Shown here: piece by piece, positions 1-14,414 of the stretch | How positions within the stretch are numbered: the stretch's first letter is position 1 | How the letters are laid out: every line of letters begins with the position of its first letter | Source: Vicugna vicugna | Lineage: Eukaryota | Direction of reading: 5' to 3' | Assembly (NCBI GenBank): GCA_013265495.1 | Contig: MU058198.1 | Coordinates: forward strand, 2,058,419 to 2,122,418 | DNA: 64,000 bases | Translations under genes and position numbers: made by a program | Notes under the pieces: generated by a model | The model's input: only the letters and a program-made list of their open reading frames with translations | Database searches by the model: none | What the model was told of the DNA's origin: nothing

Positions 1-379
1 TCCTGAGTTTGGGAAAAGGCAAATATTCTTTCTGGCTGAAACAAAATTTGAGTATCTATACATGGATCAAACTAGTAACAGGAAGAGCAGCTATCTCACT
101 TAATCTGCCATGATGTAATTGGAGCTTCTTATAAAACAATGGTTAGAAGAAGTGAAAGACGTTGTGAAAGACATTGAGAAAGTAGAGTTGTCAGGGTTTA
201 GGCTCCATTTGGATGTGGGCTATAAGGAAAAGAAAAGAACCTGAGATATTGTCCAGGAATCTATCTTGAGCCAGTGAATGAATGAAAGTTCCATTCACCC
301 AGAGAGTAAATACAGGACATGAGTATATTCAGAGGAGGATATGTTGAGTGTTAGATGTCTGCAACGCATTTCAAGGGAA

Positions 380-1430
380 AATATATCTCAGCATAAAACT
401 ATTTATGACAAACCCACAGCCAACATAATACACAATGGTGAAAAGTTGAAATCTACCCACTAAGATCTGGAACAAGACAAGGGTGCCCACTCTCACCACT
501 TTTATTCAACATAATATTGGAAGTCTTAACCATAGCAGTCAGACAAGAAAAAGAAATGAAAAGGATTCAAATTGGAAGAGAAGAGGTAAAATTGGCACTA
601 AAAGCTCCACACAAAAACTACTAGAGCTGATAAAAGAATTTGGTAAGGTAGCAGGATACAAGATTAACATACAGAAATCAGTTGCATTTCTTTACACTAA
701 CAATGAAATATCAGAAAAGGATAATAAAGAAACAATTGCTTTTAAAATCCCATTCCAAAAAATAAAATACTTAGGAATAAATCTGACCAAGGAGGTCAAA
801 GACTTCTACACAGAGAACTACACAGAGAACTGACTAAGGAAATTAAAGATGACTTAAAGAAATGGAAAGATAGTCCATGTTCTTGAATTGGAAGAATTAA
901 TATTACTAAAATGGCCATACTACCCAAAGCAATCCACAGATTTAATACATCCTTATCAAATTACTTAGGACATTTTTCACAGAACTAGAACAAATAATCT
1001 TAAAATTTATATGGACTCACAGAAGACCCAGAATTGTCAAAGCAATACTGAAGAAAATGAGTAAAGCTGGAGGCATAACCCTCGCAGACTTCAGACAATA
1101 CCACAAAGCTACAGTAATCAAAACAGCATGGTACCGGCACAAAAACAGATATGAGGGACAAGGAAGAGAATAGACAGCCCAGAAATTAACCCACATATTT
1201 ACAGTCAGTTAATGTCCAACAAAGGAGGCAAGAATGTACAATGGAGAAAATACAGTCTCTTCAGCAAGTGGTGTTAAGAAAGCTGGACAGCCACATGTAA
1301 ATGAATGAAGTTAGAACACTGCCTCACACCAAACACAAAAATAAATGTAAAATGGCTTAAAGACTTAAACATAAGGCAAGATACCGTAAATCTCCTAGAA
1401 GAGAAGATAGACAAAACCTTAGACATAAAT
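380..1430 (+). mobile_element. L1 ORF2 fragment (RT region), degenerate
   Basis: [22 protein letters not shown]...IKYLGINLTKEVKD in ORF 483-833; frameshifts and stops. Confidence 0.93.
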
Positions 1431-1431
1431 C

Positions 1432-2970
1432 CTTCGGTGTTCTTATCACCTCCTTATTGAAGTCAGGATCTAGTAGACTGTTGAGGTCTATTTCATTATT
1501 CGTTCATTCAGGGGACTTTTCTTGTTTTTGTTTTTTTTTAATTGGGAGTAGTTCCTCTGCTTCTTCATTTTACTTATGTTTCTCTAACTCTACGAACTTA
1601 GGAGTAACAATTATCTACTGTGGTCTCAAAGGGCTATTTTTTTTTAAGTGGGAGCATCCCTGTGTAGACAGTGCACATCTAATAATTTTGTTATTTTGGG
1701 GCGTTTTTAGTATGGATGGTTGCCATGTCTTTATTCTATGTGTGCTGACTGTTATCCCCTTGATTGGGGATGTAGTTGTTTTGCTGACCAGAGCCTGCCC
1801 TGGTTGTTGAGTAGGGTCCTCTTTCCTCTGTAGTTGTCACAACCCTGAAAGGTGCCAGGTCTGCTCCCCTGTTGTTGGAATAAAGGCTTTCAGAGCCATT
1901 GCTGAGCTGGGGTGTGTGATAAGTGGGATTGGAGCACTTCCATTGGACGAGGAGCTGCTGAGTGTTCCTCTGCTAGAAATGTCTCCCAGGAAGTGCCCTT
2001 TGTGATGTTGTCCATCACGTGCTATGCAAGCTTACAAAGTACACTTTGTTGACACTGCCCATGTCCTCACTTCAGCTGCAGAAATGTCAGCAATCCTCTC
2101 TAGTGACCCCCAGGTTCTTTTATTTCCATTACTCAAGGAGTCTGTTCGAAACAAAATATTGCTGCATTTTATATCCAAGAGTGTTCTGCCCATGTCTTCT
2201 TCTAGGGGTTTTATACTATCTGGTCTTACATTTATGTCTTTAATGCATTTTGAGTTTATTTTTATACATAGTGTTAGAGAATGCCTAATTTCATTCTTTT
2301 ACATATAGCTGTCCAGTTTTCCCAGCACTATTTATTAAAGAGACTGTCTTTTCTCCACTGTATTTCCTGCCTCCTTTGTCATAGATAAATTGACCATCAG
2401 TGCATGGGATTATTTTTGGATTTTTGATCCTGTTCCATTGATCTATGTGTCTGTTTTTTTTTTTTTGCTAGTACCATACTGTTTTGATTATTGAAGCTTT
2501 GTAATATAGTCTGAAGTCAGAGAGTCTGAACTCAGGGAGTGTGATTTCCCCTAGCTCCGTTCTTCTGTCTCAGATTGTTTTGGCTATTCTGGGTCTTCTG
2601 TGTTTCCATATTAATTTTAACATGTTTTGCTCCAGTTCTGTGAAAAATGCCATTGGTAATTTGATAGGGATTGCCTTGTCTCTGTATATTGTCTTGGGTA
2701 GTGTGGCCATTTTAACAACACTGATTCTTCCAAGCCAAGCACACAGTATATCTTTTGATCTATTGGTGTCATCTTCAATTTTCCACCAATGTCTTACAGT
2801 TTTCAGGTATAGGTCTTTGCCTCTTAGGTAGGTTTATTTCTAGGTATTTTATTATTATTTTGATGTAATGGTAAATGGGATTCCTTCCTTTATTTCTCTT
2901 TCTGATACTTTATTGTCTGTTACTTTATACATTTATAGAAGTGCAACTGATTTCTGTGTATTCATTTTGT
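1432..2970 (-). mobile_element. L1 fragments on the minus strand (5' UTR/ORF1 start 1432-2110; ORF2 2110-2970)
   Basis: 1457-1800 resembles 49640-49950; 2110-2970 is the reverse complement of L1 ORF2 sequence like 600-1430. Confidence 0.8.
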
Positions 2971-2971
2971 A

Positions 2972-3420
2972 AATCAATCAGAGAAAGACAAATATTGATT
3001 TGTAAGTCAATCAGAGAAAGACAAATATCACTTATATGTGGAATCTAAAAAAATCACACAAACAAACTTATTTACAAAACAGAAAAAGACTCACAGACAT
3101 AGAAAACAAACTTATGGCTACCAGGAGGGGAAGAGGGAAGGAGGAATAAATTGGGAGTTTGGGATTAGCAGATACAAAATACTATGTATGGAATAGGTAA
3201 ATGAAAAGGTCCTACTGTATAGCACAGCAAACTATATTCAATGTCTCGTAGTAACCTGTAATGAAAAAGAGTATGTACATTTTTATATGGATAGCTGAAT
3301 CACTATACTATACACCAGAAGCTAATACAACATTGTAAATAAAAGACATCAATCAATAAAATCAATTAAAAATGGGCAGTAAAAGAAAAATAGACTATAT
3401 AAAATAAAAATAAATATATT
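2972..3420 (+). mobile_element. L1 3' end
   Basis: gagaaagacaaatatcacttatatgtggaatct...gaatcactatactatacaccaga, with an A-rich tail. Confidence 0.85.
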
Positions 3421-3429
3421 TTAATACAA

Positions 3430-4645
3430 AAACTTATCTTTCTCTGTCTGACTTATTTCACTTAACATAATATCCTCTAGGTCCATCTATGTTGTCACAA
3501 ATGGCAAGATACTGTTTTTATGGCTGAATAATATTCCATTGTATAGATATGCCACTTCTTTATCCATTCATCCATCAACACACTTGGTTTATTTCCATGT
3601 CTTGGCTATTGTAAATAATGCTGCAATAAACATGGGGGTGTAGGTATCTTTTTGAGTTAGTGTTTTATTTCCTTTGGATAAATACACAGAAGTGGAATTG
3701 CTGGATCATATGGTAGTTCTATTTTTTTTAACATTTTTTATTGATTTATAATCATTTTACAATGTTGTATCAAATTCCAGTGTTCAGCACAATTTTTCAG
3801 TCATTCATGGACATATACACACTCATCGTCACATTTTTTTCTCTGTGAGTTATCATTAACATTTTGTGTATATTTCCCTGTGCTATACAGTGTAATCTTG
3901 TTTATCTATTCTACAATTTTAAAATCCCAGTCTATCCCTTCCCACCCTCCACCCCCCCTGGTAACCACAAGTCTGTATTCTCTGTCTGTGAGTCTATTTC
4001 TGTCCTGTATTTATGCTTTGTTTTTGTTTGTTTGTTTGTTTTTGTTTTTGTTTTTTAGATTCCACATATGAGCGATCTCATATGGTATTTTTCTTTCTCT
4101 TTCTGGCTTACTTCACTTAGAATGACATTCTCCAGGAGCATCCATGTTGCTGCAAATGGCAGTTCTATTTTTAATCTTTTGAGGACTCTCATACTGCTTT
4201 CCATAGTGGCTACACCAATGTACATTCCAAACAACAGTGCACAAGGGTTCCCTTTTCTCCCCATCCTCACCAGTATTTGCTATAGCTTGCCTTTGTGATA
4301 ATAGCCATTCTAACAGGCATGAAGTGATATCTCATTGTGGTTTTGATTTACATTTCCCTGGTTATTACTGATGTTGTATACCTCTTCATGTACCTGTTGG
4401 CCATCTGGATGTCTTCTTTCAAAAAATGTCTATTCAGGTCTTCTGCCCATTTTTAAAACAGATTTGTCTTTTTGATTTTGAGTTGTATGAGTTCATTACA
4501 TACGTTGGATATTAACCTTCTATCACATATATAACTTACAAATATTTTCTCCCATTTGGTAGGTTGCACTTTTATTGATGGTTTCGTTTGCTGTGCAGAA
4601 GCTTTTCAGTTTGATGTAGTCAAGCATGTTTATTTTTGTATTTGT
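3430..4645 (-). mobile_element. Older L1 3' region interrupted by a young L1 3' end (3727-4160)
   Basis: TSD agttctattttt at 3715-3726 and 4161-4172. Confidence 0.85.
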
Positions 4646-4800
4646 GTATATATATATAATATATTATATATAACAATATATAATATATGTGTGATAGTAT
4701 ATATTTATATATAAATATATACACAAATACATATATGTATGATATATGTATGTATATCATAACACATGGTATATATACGTATATATCATATACATACAAT
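4645..4800. repeat. (TA)n/(TATG)n low-complexity repeat
   Basis: Directly visible. Confidence 0.8.
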
Positions 4801-5201
4801 TTTTATGTGTAGGAGAATTGGCCTGATAGAAGTCACTTGCCATTAATGAAAGTGAAATCCTCTACATTATTTTAATTGATTTAATAGAATGGCTCTTTCT
4901 TAATGATATTTGAATAGACAACTTCATCTAACAAAAAACTATCTTGGGTGCATAATAGTGCACAATAGATATGTGTTGAAAATTCCAGTTCGAGATGTTA
5001 GTATTCCATTCTACTACCATGGGTTCCAGCTGTAAAGATTCTTTAGACCGAAAAAGAAGTAATCCTTGTTGGGAGCTCTATGGGTATCACCTTGCCAGCA
5101 TGGGCTAGAAACTTCAGGTTTTCTATCTCATCCATGTAACTGTGTGTTCAATGGAATAACTGACTTGGGTCTATTGCTAATGAATTACCCTCTGGATTCA
5201 G

Positions 5202-5389
5202 ATTAGGTCAAGAATTGGCTATTGTCCTCAATGTGACCCCATGCTGAACCACATGACAGGTCGGGAATTGCTGATCATGTATGCCAGGCTGCGGGGGGTC
5301 CCGGAGCCAGATATTTACATGTATGTGGAAACTTTTTTGCATTCAATGCACCTGGAAACCCATGCTGACAAGTACATCTACACATACAG
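5202..5389 (+). CDS. Gene 1 exon (188 nt): [36 protein letters not shown]...HADKYIYTY
   Basis: ggattcag| acceptor and ag|gtaaga donor; ABCA Q-loop region. Confidence 0.92.
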
Positions 5390-8300
5390 GTAAGACATTA
5401 TGCTACTGTATTTATTAAGCTGCCTGCTGCACACCTGTGTTTCTACTGTTAGAATGAATGCCTGTAAACTCAACCTGACAACTCTGTCACACAGAGGCCA
5501 TGACTATGAAAGAGCCTTATGTCTTGTCAGGGTTTGGATGTCAGGAATAAGGCAGATCACACTTGCATGAAGTTAACTTTTTGTAGGCATAAGCTGTAGC
5601 CTTTGCATTTCAAAAATGAGCAGCTTCATCCATATATGACTATGTTTTTTGTCTCCTCTAAACAAAAATACTTCGCAAGATAATGATGCTAAAATAAATT
5701 ACCCCAAAAAAAGTCATTTCAAAGAAAATGGGTTGATATACACACCTGGACCTGGGCCTGCTGCCCTCTGTGAGTCATATCAAAGCAGCACTGTGGGTAT
5801 ATGAGCTAATTCTGTCCTATGAATTAACGATGTGTATACCCTTATTTCTTCTTTCTCCTCCACTTTCTCTCTCCTTCTTCGACGACAAAGTGGAGGAAAC
5901 AAACGTAAACTGAATACTGCTATTGCCCTAATGGGAAAGTCCTCAGTTGTCTTCCTGGATGAGCCATCTACTGGCATGGACCCAGTAGCCAGGCGCCTGC
6001 TCTGGGACACAGTTACATGGATGTGCAAAACTGGCAAAGCTATCATCATCACCTCTCACAGGTATGACCCGTTGGGAGACTTGGTTGATAGAAGAGTATA
6101 GGAGGGAATTATACGGAGCCAGGAACATAGGTCAGTGAAGTATGTGAACTACATAAGAGGGACTACAAACAGATGATGATTCTTGGCTTTAGCTCAGTTG
6201 AGTTCTGAAATCCAGACTTGGTAGAAGATTGGAAGTTAGAGAACTGTTCCTATTGTGAAGTTAAAAATCAACTGCTTTGAATTTTAAAACCTCCTCTTCC
6301 AAAATATGGTCTTAGTGATGATCATCTTAAAATACCAAGCTTTCTACTACAAGTGTTACCTTATAATCCTAGCTCTGTTTTGAAATGCAGAATTTTCCCT
6401 CTGAAAGGGAGTCTCTTCAGCCATGTATCCTTTGTGCCCCTAGCATGGAAGAATGTGAGGCGCTTTGTACCAGGCTGGCCATCATGGTAAAGGGGAAGTT
6501 CAAGTGCCTAGGCAGCCCTCAGTACCTCAAAAACAAGTTTGGTAACGTATATATTCTGACAGCAAAGATTAAGATTGATGAAAATGAAGATAAACTAGCG
6601 GAGTTCAAAGAATTCATTGCAACAACTTTCCCAGGTAAGAGAAGTAGGGTTGGCTTGTGAAAACTGTGTTAAGTCACGTATGTTGTGCTGCTGCATGTAA
6701 TAATTAACTTTTTGCTGTGAATTACTGATGTTTATTTTCAATTAGGCTCCTTTGGGAATAATTTTTTTCTATGAATTTATTCCTGATTATGCTAAGAAGC
6801 TTTCTCAAAATAGCAGAGGCTCTCACCAGTCTCTTGTAGGAACCAACCAGTAAGATAAATGTGTTCAGGTGTATTTATCTGGAGCTAAATTACTGAGGTT
6901 AAGTCTCTATTTTTCATCCCTGATAATTTTTTAGTTTCCCCTCTTTTTGAGCATGTATCCTCTGCCTTTCCCTGCTTCCTGAGACAGGCAATGTTTATGA
7001 AATGCCAACAAGAATGATAAATTCCCTTTTCTCCTTTCAAGGAAATAATCTCTGTGTGACATAAAAATGAATTATTCTGCTTTTGTGTGCTAACTTCAGT
7101 AAGTGCCTCTTTGTGCCCATGGTAAACAGTAATTTACAGCCAGCTTCTATTTATTTCTACCCCCACTACTTTATTCTAATTATTAAGCAGAGATATGGTA
7201 AGTCTTTTAAGTTTGACTGGCTTAGTCTCTAAGTTGAATGATGACTCTGTCAACAATGTGGTGGCCAGATGGTCAGGATGCAAGATTAAAACCATGGAAG
7301 CTATAACAATGGTAAAGCAATACATGGTATTGGTATACACTAAGGAAATGACTGTCAGAATGGAGAGGAAGAAACGATAAGAAATGGATATACAAGGGGG
7401 GAGGGTATATAGCTCAGTGGTAGAGTACATGCGTAGCATGCACAAGGTCCTGGATTCAAACCCCAGCACCTCCATTAACAAACAAACAAACAAACAAACA
7501 AATCTAATTACCTTCCCCTCAAAAAAACACAAAAACCCAAAAGTCCTAGCTAAAAAAAAAAAAGAAGAAGAAAAAGAAATGGATATACATATTGAAATGG
7601 TCAACTCAAGAGGAGGAACCACTATGTGGAAAAGATAATTACTTCCATATTAATTATATTAATTATACCTAGAAAGTCAGATAAATATGTTCATTAGGCA
7701 GTTGAATATTCATTTAATCATTCATTCATATGGTAAGATTTATGGAGCATTTCTTGCATACAGTGTTGAAGACACTGAATTAACCACACAGAAGCATATA
7801 TCCTGTGAGCCACTTCAACATCAACCTCAGCCTGAAGGTGAGAGAGGACACAAGAAGAACTGAGGACAAACTTGTCTTAAAGGAAGTGAACAAAATAGCT
7901 TGGCTGTGAAACTGTGTATGGAAGACTGCTGATTTGGCGATCTTTCCCCCATACTATTTAGCTGTTTCAAAAAGACCTCCCCATTTAAAGAGAGCAGAAT
8001 AAAAAGGAACCTGTATGGTATCTATACGCAAAGATTATCCAGAAAAGGGGGAAAGAACGAAATAGAACGTGTGAAAGGCAGCTTAAATGTACATTTCAGT
8101 CTAAGATTATCTATAGGAACTGGTAGATTATTTTAATTAAATGCTTCTGTTTAGGGTCAAAGAATTTAAAAGATCATGCATTATCTTTAAAAGACCACAA
8201 AGAAAATAGTTCCTCTTTCTACAGCATGACAGATTATACTCTCAGAAACGTACTGCTGTTAAAATAAAAATACACACTGGAAAACATAAAGTAAAATTGC

Positions 8301-10249
8301 TTTTAATCATTTGCTTAGAGTCAGGGGAAAAAATGAGAAAATTCAAAGAACTAAAACAAAACAAAAAGAAAAATTAACAAGCTGATACTTGATAGTGACA
8401 ATAATAAAACTCAAAAGCTAGTTTGCCCTGAAGCAAGTTCCAATACCAGAACTAAGATAAGAGGTAAAATGTTGGACCCACTGCCATGTGAGTTTAACCT
8501 AAGATTCCCACAATAAGGAAAGACCTCCAAAAAATGAACAAATGTTCTGGTTTCCAGTCCAGCATGTGAGAATGTTGGAAATTGATGCTCTGTCCTAATA
8601 AGTAAAAACCTGAACAAACTGAGAAATCAACAACTCTTCTAGGATCTGAAAAAGAGGTAAGGGCACAGGGCAAACCACTGCAGCCAATATTAGAGAGACT
8701 GGCAAACACAGGGACTCATGGGTTACCAGAGCAGAGAATAACAAGCAGAAACCTCAAGGGGAAACCAGTGCCAGCGTGGGAAAACCTGAATTATAATTGA
8801 ATTGCTGGAGGTGCTGTGTGGACAACTCCAGGAGGTAACAACTCGAGGGGACCCAGTGCTGGGGGGTCTCCCACATACTGTGATATTTACCTCTAGGACC
8901 TTGACCCGGCTACCAGAGAAAGTATAAGAAAAATCCCCTCATGCTTCCAGAAGGGAGAAGGGTAAAGGAACCATTTTGAAAGACATCATAGGACTCTTTT
9001 CTCTGTAAAATGCCTACCCTCAGGGGAAACTAGTTAACTAGAAGCTAACAGGCTGGGGTATTTTCAGAGCCTAAATGACCTTGGGGAAGCTCCAGTCAAC
9101 TCTTGGCCATCTTGTTCCACAAAAGTGGGGAAAAAGTGAGAAACCTCTTGTAAAGTTCACAGTGCAGAGGTATAGACTCACTGAATAGTTGAGATATTCA
9201 CACAGGATATAGAACACTCCCTCTCTCCCACACCTCACCACTAGATTACTAAAGTTCCATTTACCGCAGTTCCTTTTTCCAAGGAAGTCTAGCAATCAGA
9301 CACAAAATCAGAAATCACACCAAAAGCCAGAAAGCACAATGTGAAGAGACAGAGCAGTGTCAGAATGAGACATGTCAGTGATGTTGGAATATCAGTCCAG
9401 TAACTGGAAACAACTACGATTGATATGCTAAGGGCTATGCTACAGTGGATAAAGCAGACAGTATTCACAAACAAATGGTCAATGTGGGCTGGCAGATGGA
9501 TGGACTAAAAAGGAATGCTAGAGATCCAAGACACTGTAAGAAATGAAGAATGAAGAATGTCTTTAATTGACTTCTTCAGTAGACTAGACATGGCTGAAGG
9601 AAGAACTGCTGAGCTAGAGGATCTACCAGTAGAATCCACAAAAACAAAAAGCACAGAAAACAAAGACTAAAAAAAAAAGAACAAAATACCCAAAGACTGT
9701 AAGACAACTACAAAAACAAATGTAATATGCACAATGTTGGAAATACCAGAAGAAAAAGAAAAAGAGAAAGGAACAGAATATTTTAAATAATGACTGAAAA
9801 TCTCCCCCAAATTAATGTCAACACCACACCACAAATCAGGGAAGCTCAGAGAACAGGATAAATGCCAAAAATAAACAAACAAACAAACAAGCAAACAAAT
9901 AATGATACCTAGGTATATCATTTTCCAATGACATAAAATCAGAGAAAAAAAAATCTTGAAAGAATCCAGAGGAAAGAGCCACCTTACCTATAGAGGAACA
10001 AAGATAAGACTTGCATCCTCAGAGACCGTGCAAACAAGAACAAAAGGGAGTGAAATATTTAAAGTGTTGAGAGAATAAAACCACACACATAGAATTGTGT
10101 ACCCAAAGAAACTTCAATTCTCCTTCAATGTGAAGGAGAAATAAAGGCTTTCTCAGACAGAAAAAAAAAATTGAAGATATTTCTTGCCAGTAGACCTGCT
10201 TTGCAAGATATGTTTTTTTAAAAAGTTCTTTAGAGAGAAGGAAAATGTG

Positions 10250-10291
<42 letters not shown>

Positions 10292-10662
10292 GGAATACTA
10301 TTCAGCCATAAAAAAGAATGGAATAATGCCATTTGCAGCAACATGGATGGACCTAGAGATTACCATACTAAGTGAAGTAAGTCAGAGAAAGAAAAATACT
10401 ATATGATACCAATTATATGTGGAATCTTAAAAAATGACACAAATAAACTTATTTACAGAACAGAAACAGAGTCACAGACATAGAAAACAAACTTATGGTT
10501 ATCAGGGGAGAAGTAGGAGGAAGGATAAATTGGGAGTTTGGATTTGCAGATACTACCTACTATATATAAAATAGATTAAAAAGAAAACAAGGTCCTACTG
10601 TATAGTACAGGGAACTATATTCAATACCTTGTATGGCCTATAATGAAAAAGAATGTGGAAAG

Positions 10663-10702
<40 letters not shown>

Positions 10703-13700
10703 CTGAATCACTATGCTGTATACCAGAAACTAACACAACATTATAAACTGACTTTATATTTAAATTTTAAAAAATAAAAAGGAGCATGCATGGAAGTACT
10801 AGAAAAAAATTAGATGAGTAGAGAACACAGTGATATACAAAGACAATTAGTGTGCTGGAGAGAATTTTTTAAGTAAACATCTCAGAAATACTTCACTATT
10901 AAGAACAAATAAACAACATAGAAAGTACAAGGGACATGGGGACTGGAAAGGAGGAAACAGAAAACCATCAACCAGAAATATAGGCAAGCATTCGAGAGAG
11001 AAAATAAGAGAGAGGCAAGGTAAAGACAAAGCAACACAACCATGAAAACAGTCCACAAAGAAAAAATAGCAAAGCCATAGAAGAGAACAAATACTGAAAT
11101 ATTATCATTCAAGAACATTTCCTGAGATAATACAAACCTACTTATTCAAAGGACAACCTGAAAAATTGACCCAACATTGTCAACATCAAGGAATACTCCA
11201 ATATAACTATTGTATTTTGTATTGCAATAGAGGTTGGGGGACCTTTGGATATCCAGATTAAAAGACAAGGAAAAGAAAGAAAATTTATAAGGGAAAGAAA
11301 TTTATATTGACCTCAGACTTTGTGTCAAAACTTCCTATGATAAGAAAAATGCAAGCCAGAGATCTGACATATAGACAAAGTGAATTTCAAGAACAAAATT
11401 CACAGTTATGAACACATAAGAATTCAGTGGCTATTGTTCCTAGTGGCTCTCCCTGAAGACTTACAAACAAAATTTCACATAGACTGAGAAATAATTGAAG
11501 AAGTTTCTGCATAAGAGCTAAAGGTGTGCATTCAATGTTTTTTACCTCTAGACTGAGGCCTAAATGAAGAGGATCCAAGTGATAGATTATTATGTAAATG
11601 AATATGTTTTAGAAATGTGTATAAAATAACAGTTATCAAAAACGGTAAGGAAGAAGGCAGAGGATACATGGAGTGTAGTATGCTTACTGAATGCCATTTA
11701 GGTGTTAAGTGGAAATAAAAAGGTGTTACTGTGAATTAGATGCTGGGAAGGGCAGTAAGAGGTTACTAGCATATCCAATGTCATTCTTACTAGGGATACA
11801 AAAGACAGTATCTTAAAAGGAAGGGACTATTTATGGGTATCAGCATAAAGATATTAGCATGAAGTTAACCGTTAGAACAAAAGCATATATTTTCTGTGTC
11901 AGAATTGTAAAAATTAAAGAATAAAGAGAACCAACTACATGATGAAGATATACACACAGACATATTTTATATATTTATATTTGTGTTTATAACTATACAT
12001 GTATATGTATAAATAATTTTTTAATTGGAGGAATGTAATTAAATATATTGTTACTTTCCATAAATGTAAATAGGCTAATTCCTTCATTAAGTGAAAAAAA
12101 TTTCTGATTAGATAATGAGCAAATCTATTTTTCTGATGTGTATTAAAAAAAAGGTAGTAAAAAACCTAAATTAGAGAGGTTAAAAATAAAGGAATGAGGT
12201 TCACACTGTCTTGCTAGTCCGTTCTCAACCTTTAGTGATTTGTTAAAATTTTTAAGCTTTATATTCTTACCAGCTTATGCCATCCACCTGTGTCTACCTT
12301 GTATAAGCAAATGCTCTCATCCTGATGCTGTCTGCAGATGCCTATCTTCCACCCCCCACCCCATATGGGGTTAGTTATTTGCCCTGAGTCTGCCCCATCA
12401 GAAAACTGATGGGATTAAGAAAAGCCAATAATTTGAAATTTATCCAGCCTTCTTACAGTAACAGTGAGAGTGGCATTCTTTCTGACTTGCTGTATCATAC
12501 AGGTGAAACTGAAGTTGGTATAACCACTTTTAAAAAGAGCAGTGGCCCAACAATTCCACCTACAGGTGTACCTTAGTTTCTTGCATGCACCTGTGGCAAG
12601 AAAACTAAAATAATATTTAAGTTAGCAATATTCACAATTGTCTGATAACCCATATGTCTATTAGTATAGCTGAATGGAAAATAAATCATGAAATATTCAC
12701 ATACCAGATTGCTGTTTAAAAGGAAAATGAATGAATTCTAGTTCTATGCAACCTCATGGATGAATCTTACACTGAGAGAAAGAAGAAAGAAAAGAATATA
12801 CACTAGATGATTCTATTAACACAAACTTCAAAAGTAGGAACATTCTACCTAAATTTTTAGGGGTACATGCCTGAAGACATTTAAAAAAGAAATGTCCAAA
12901 ATTACAATGAAGGTATTGGTTATTTTTTATGGGGCATAGAGGCTGGGAAGTGGCACATGTGCCCAGGTTACTGTCACTTGACCTAAATGAGGTGGTTTCA
13001 TCAGTGTTTGCTTTGAATAATTCATTAAATTCAGTGTTTAAAACATTTCACACACACAGAAAAGAGCTTTATGTGACTATGGAGACAATACATGCATTAA
13101 AATGCATATTAAGAAAAGCCACTTAGCATTATAAACATGTACGTTTTTCCTTAAAACATTTTAATCCCAGTTAATCCAATTTGCAATAATACACAAATTT
13201 GCCTGATAAGTGTAAACATATCTGTTTGTTCTAAATTAGAAATGGATACCACCCTCTCCCCTGCACTGTCCCAGTGTGTTCTTCCTCACCTGTGAAAGAA
13301 ACAGGCACACATGGCCCGATTTGGGTGATTTATATGTATGACTTCTTCTTTCACATGGTGTGTAATCATGCCCAGAGTGAGGAGGCCTTGTTCTGCTCTC
13401 CTCCCCATCAAACACACTGTCCGTGCATACATGCTCACACAAGAGTGAAAATCCTCCCAGTTAATATTTTCAGGACTACATTCAGAAATAAAGTCTTATA
13501 GCAACACTAGAACTGTAGAAGGGTCAGGTTTTTTTACATTGGGCATGTGAGCTGACAATTTTTTGTGCCAAAAAGCCTGCCCTCAATAACTGCTATGAAC
13601 TCCACATAATAAGACTTTCATCAGGAATAAATCTGCTGAAAAGAATTAACCATATCATGCATACCAAAGAGAGTGGATATTCAGTCATGTCCCCTTTTGT

Positions 13701-14414
13701 ATTAGCCACATCCACTCACCTTTCTATGGCATGTAATTAAGTATATATATAGCAATATTTTGGCAATTTTAAAAGAAAATCTGTAAGATGATTCAGCCAT
13801 CCTATCTTTCCTTTCTTAGGTAGTGTATTAAAGCAGGAGAATCAAAGGATCCTTAACTACTACATCCCCAGCAAGGACAATACCTGGGGAAAGGTGACTG
13901 TAAATTCATACCTTTCTATCATTACATGTTAAGAAAGACCAGTGATGGGAGAAGTATTAGATACTCAGGCATGTGGAGCAGAATTCTGGCAATGCAGGAG
14001 GAGCAGAGTCTTTAGGTTACTTTTCAAACACCCCTAGAGTTTAATTGCTTGGTTTCTGCTCCCTAAATCCCATTGTGAGTCCTTGTCCTTCAAGAGAATG
14101 AGGACAGAGAGCTGCCTTCTCTCAGTTTCTCAATTATCTATTTGTCCATTTTCTCATCCCCCTCTTCTGTGCCTTTTGTCCTCCACCATTAACTTGGCAG
14201 CAGTGGGAGGAAGTGGAAAAGGGACATCTGGCTTGGAGGCTGGAAGGGAGGACTGCAATGATAACTGCACTTTTTGTTGTTGTTGCTAAAGGTGTTTGGT
14301 ATTTTGGAGGAAGCCAAAGAGCAATTCAATTTAGAAGACTATTCCATCAGTCAGATAACGCTGGAGCAAGTCTTCCTGAGCTTTGCTAACCTACAGAACA
14401 CAGATGATTATTAA
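5202..14414 (+). CDS. ABCA3-like ABC transporter gene 1 (ABCA14/15/16-type), 3' part: join(5202..5389,5891..6061,6444..6634,13820..13893,14292..14414)
   Basis: The spliced translation is open and collinear with the ABCA3 NBD2/C-terminus: IGYCPQ (Q-loop), YSGGNKRKL (signature), [13 protein letters not shown] (Walker B/D-loop), [13 protein letters not shown] (H-switch), LEQVFLSFA. All introns are GT-AG with matching phases. Upstream exons lie before the window. Confidence 0.93.
5891..6061 (+). CDS. Gene 1 exon (171 nt): signature, Walker B and D-loop
   Basis: Long pyrimidine tract with aag| acceptor and ag|gtatga donor; [40 protein letters not shown]...IIITSH. Confidence 0.95.
6444..6634 (+). 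CDS. Gene 1 exon (191 nt): [33 protein letters not shown]...FIATTFP
   Basis: cccctag| acceptor and g|gtaaga donor. Confidence 0.95.
7395..7573 (+). mobile_element. tRNA-derived SINE (camelid Vic-1-like)
   Basis: Box A tagctcagtggta, box B ggattcaaacc, (AAAC)n and A-rich tail; perfect 16-bp TSD aagaaatggatataca at 7379-7394 and 7574-7589. Confidence 0.88.
8400..10240 (+). mobile_element. Old L1 5' UTR and ORF1 remnant
   Basis: A-rich ORF1-like sequence (cagtagactagacatggctgaagg, caaatcagggaagctcagagaac); degenerate. Confidence 0.7.
10250..10780 (+). mobile_element. L1 3' end with (CA)n at 10253-10289 and (TA)n at 10665-10700
   Basis: atggaatactattcagccataaaaaagaatg...gcagcaacatggatggacctagag. 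Confidence 0.87.
13820..13893 (+). CDS. Gene 1 exon (74 nt): [25 protein letters not shown]
   Basis: ctttcttag| acceptor and aag|gtgact donor; phase fits both neighbours; resembles ABCA3 GSVLEDEHQGMVHYHLP. Confidence 0.9.
14292..14414 (+). CDS. Gene 1 terminal coding exon: [40 protein letters not shown]
   Basis: aag| acceptor; ABCA C-terminal DYSxSQxxLEQVFLxFA motif; TAA at 14412-14414. Confidence 0.93.
   Translation: MFGILEEAKEQFNLEDYSISQITLEQVFLSFANLQNTDDY

Noticed and set aside
483..833. Functional reverse transcriptase ORF
   Set aside because: Fragmented L1 ORF2 with deletions and stops; the same applies to 24268-24597 and 48787-49083
7405..7475. tRNA gene
   Set aside because: Has A and B boxes but also an A-rich tail and a 16-bp TSD, so it is a SINE
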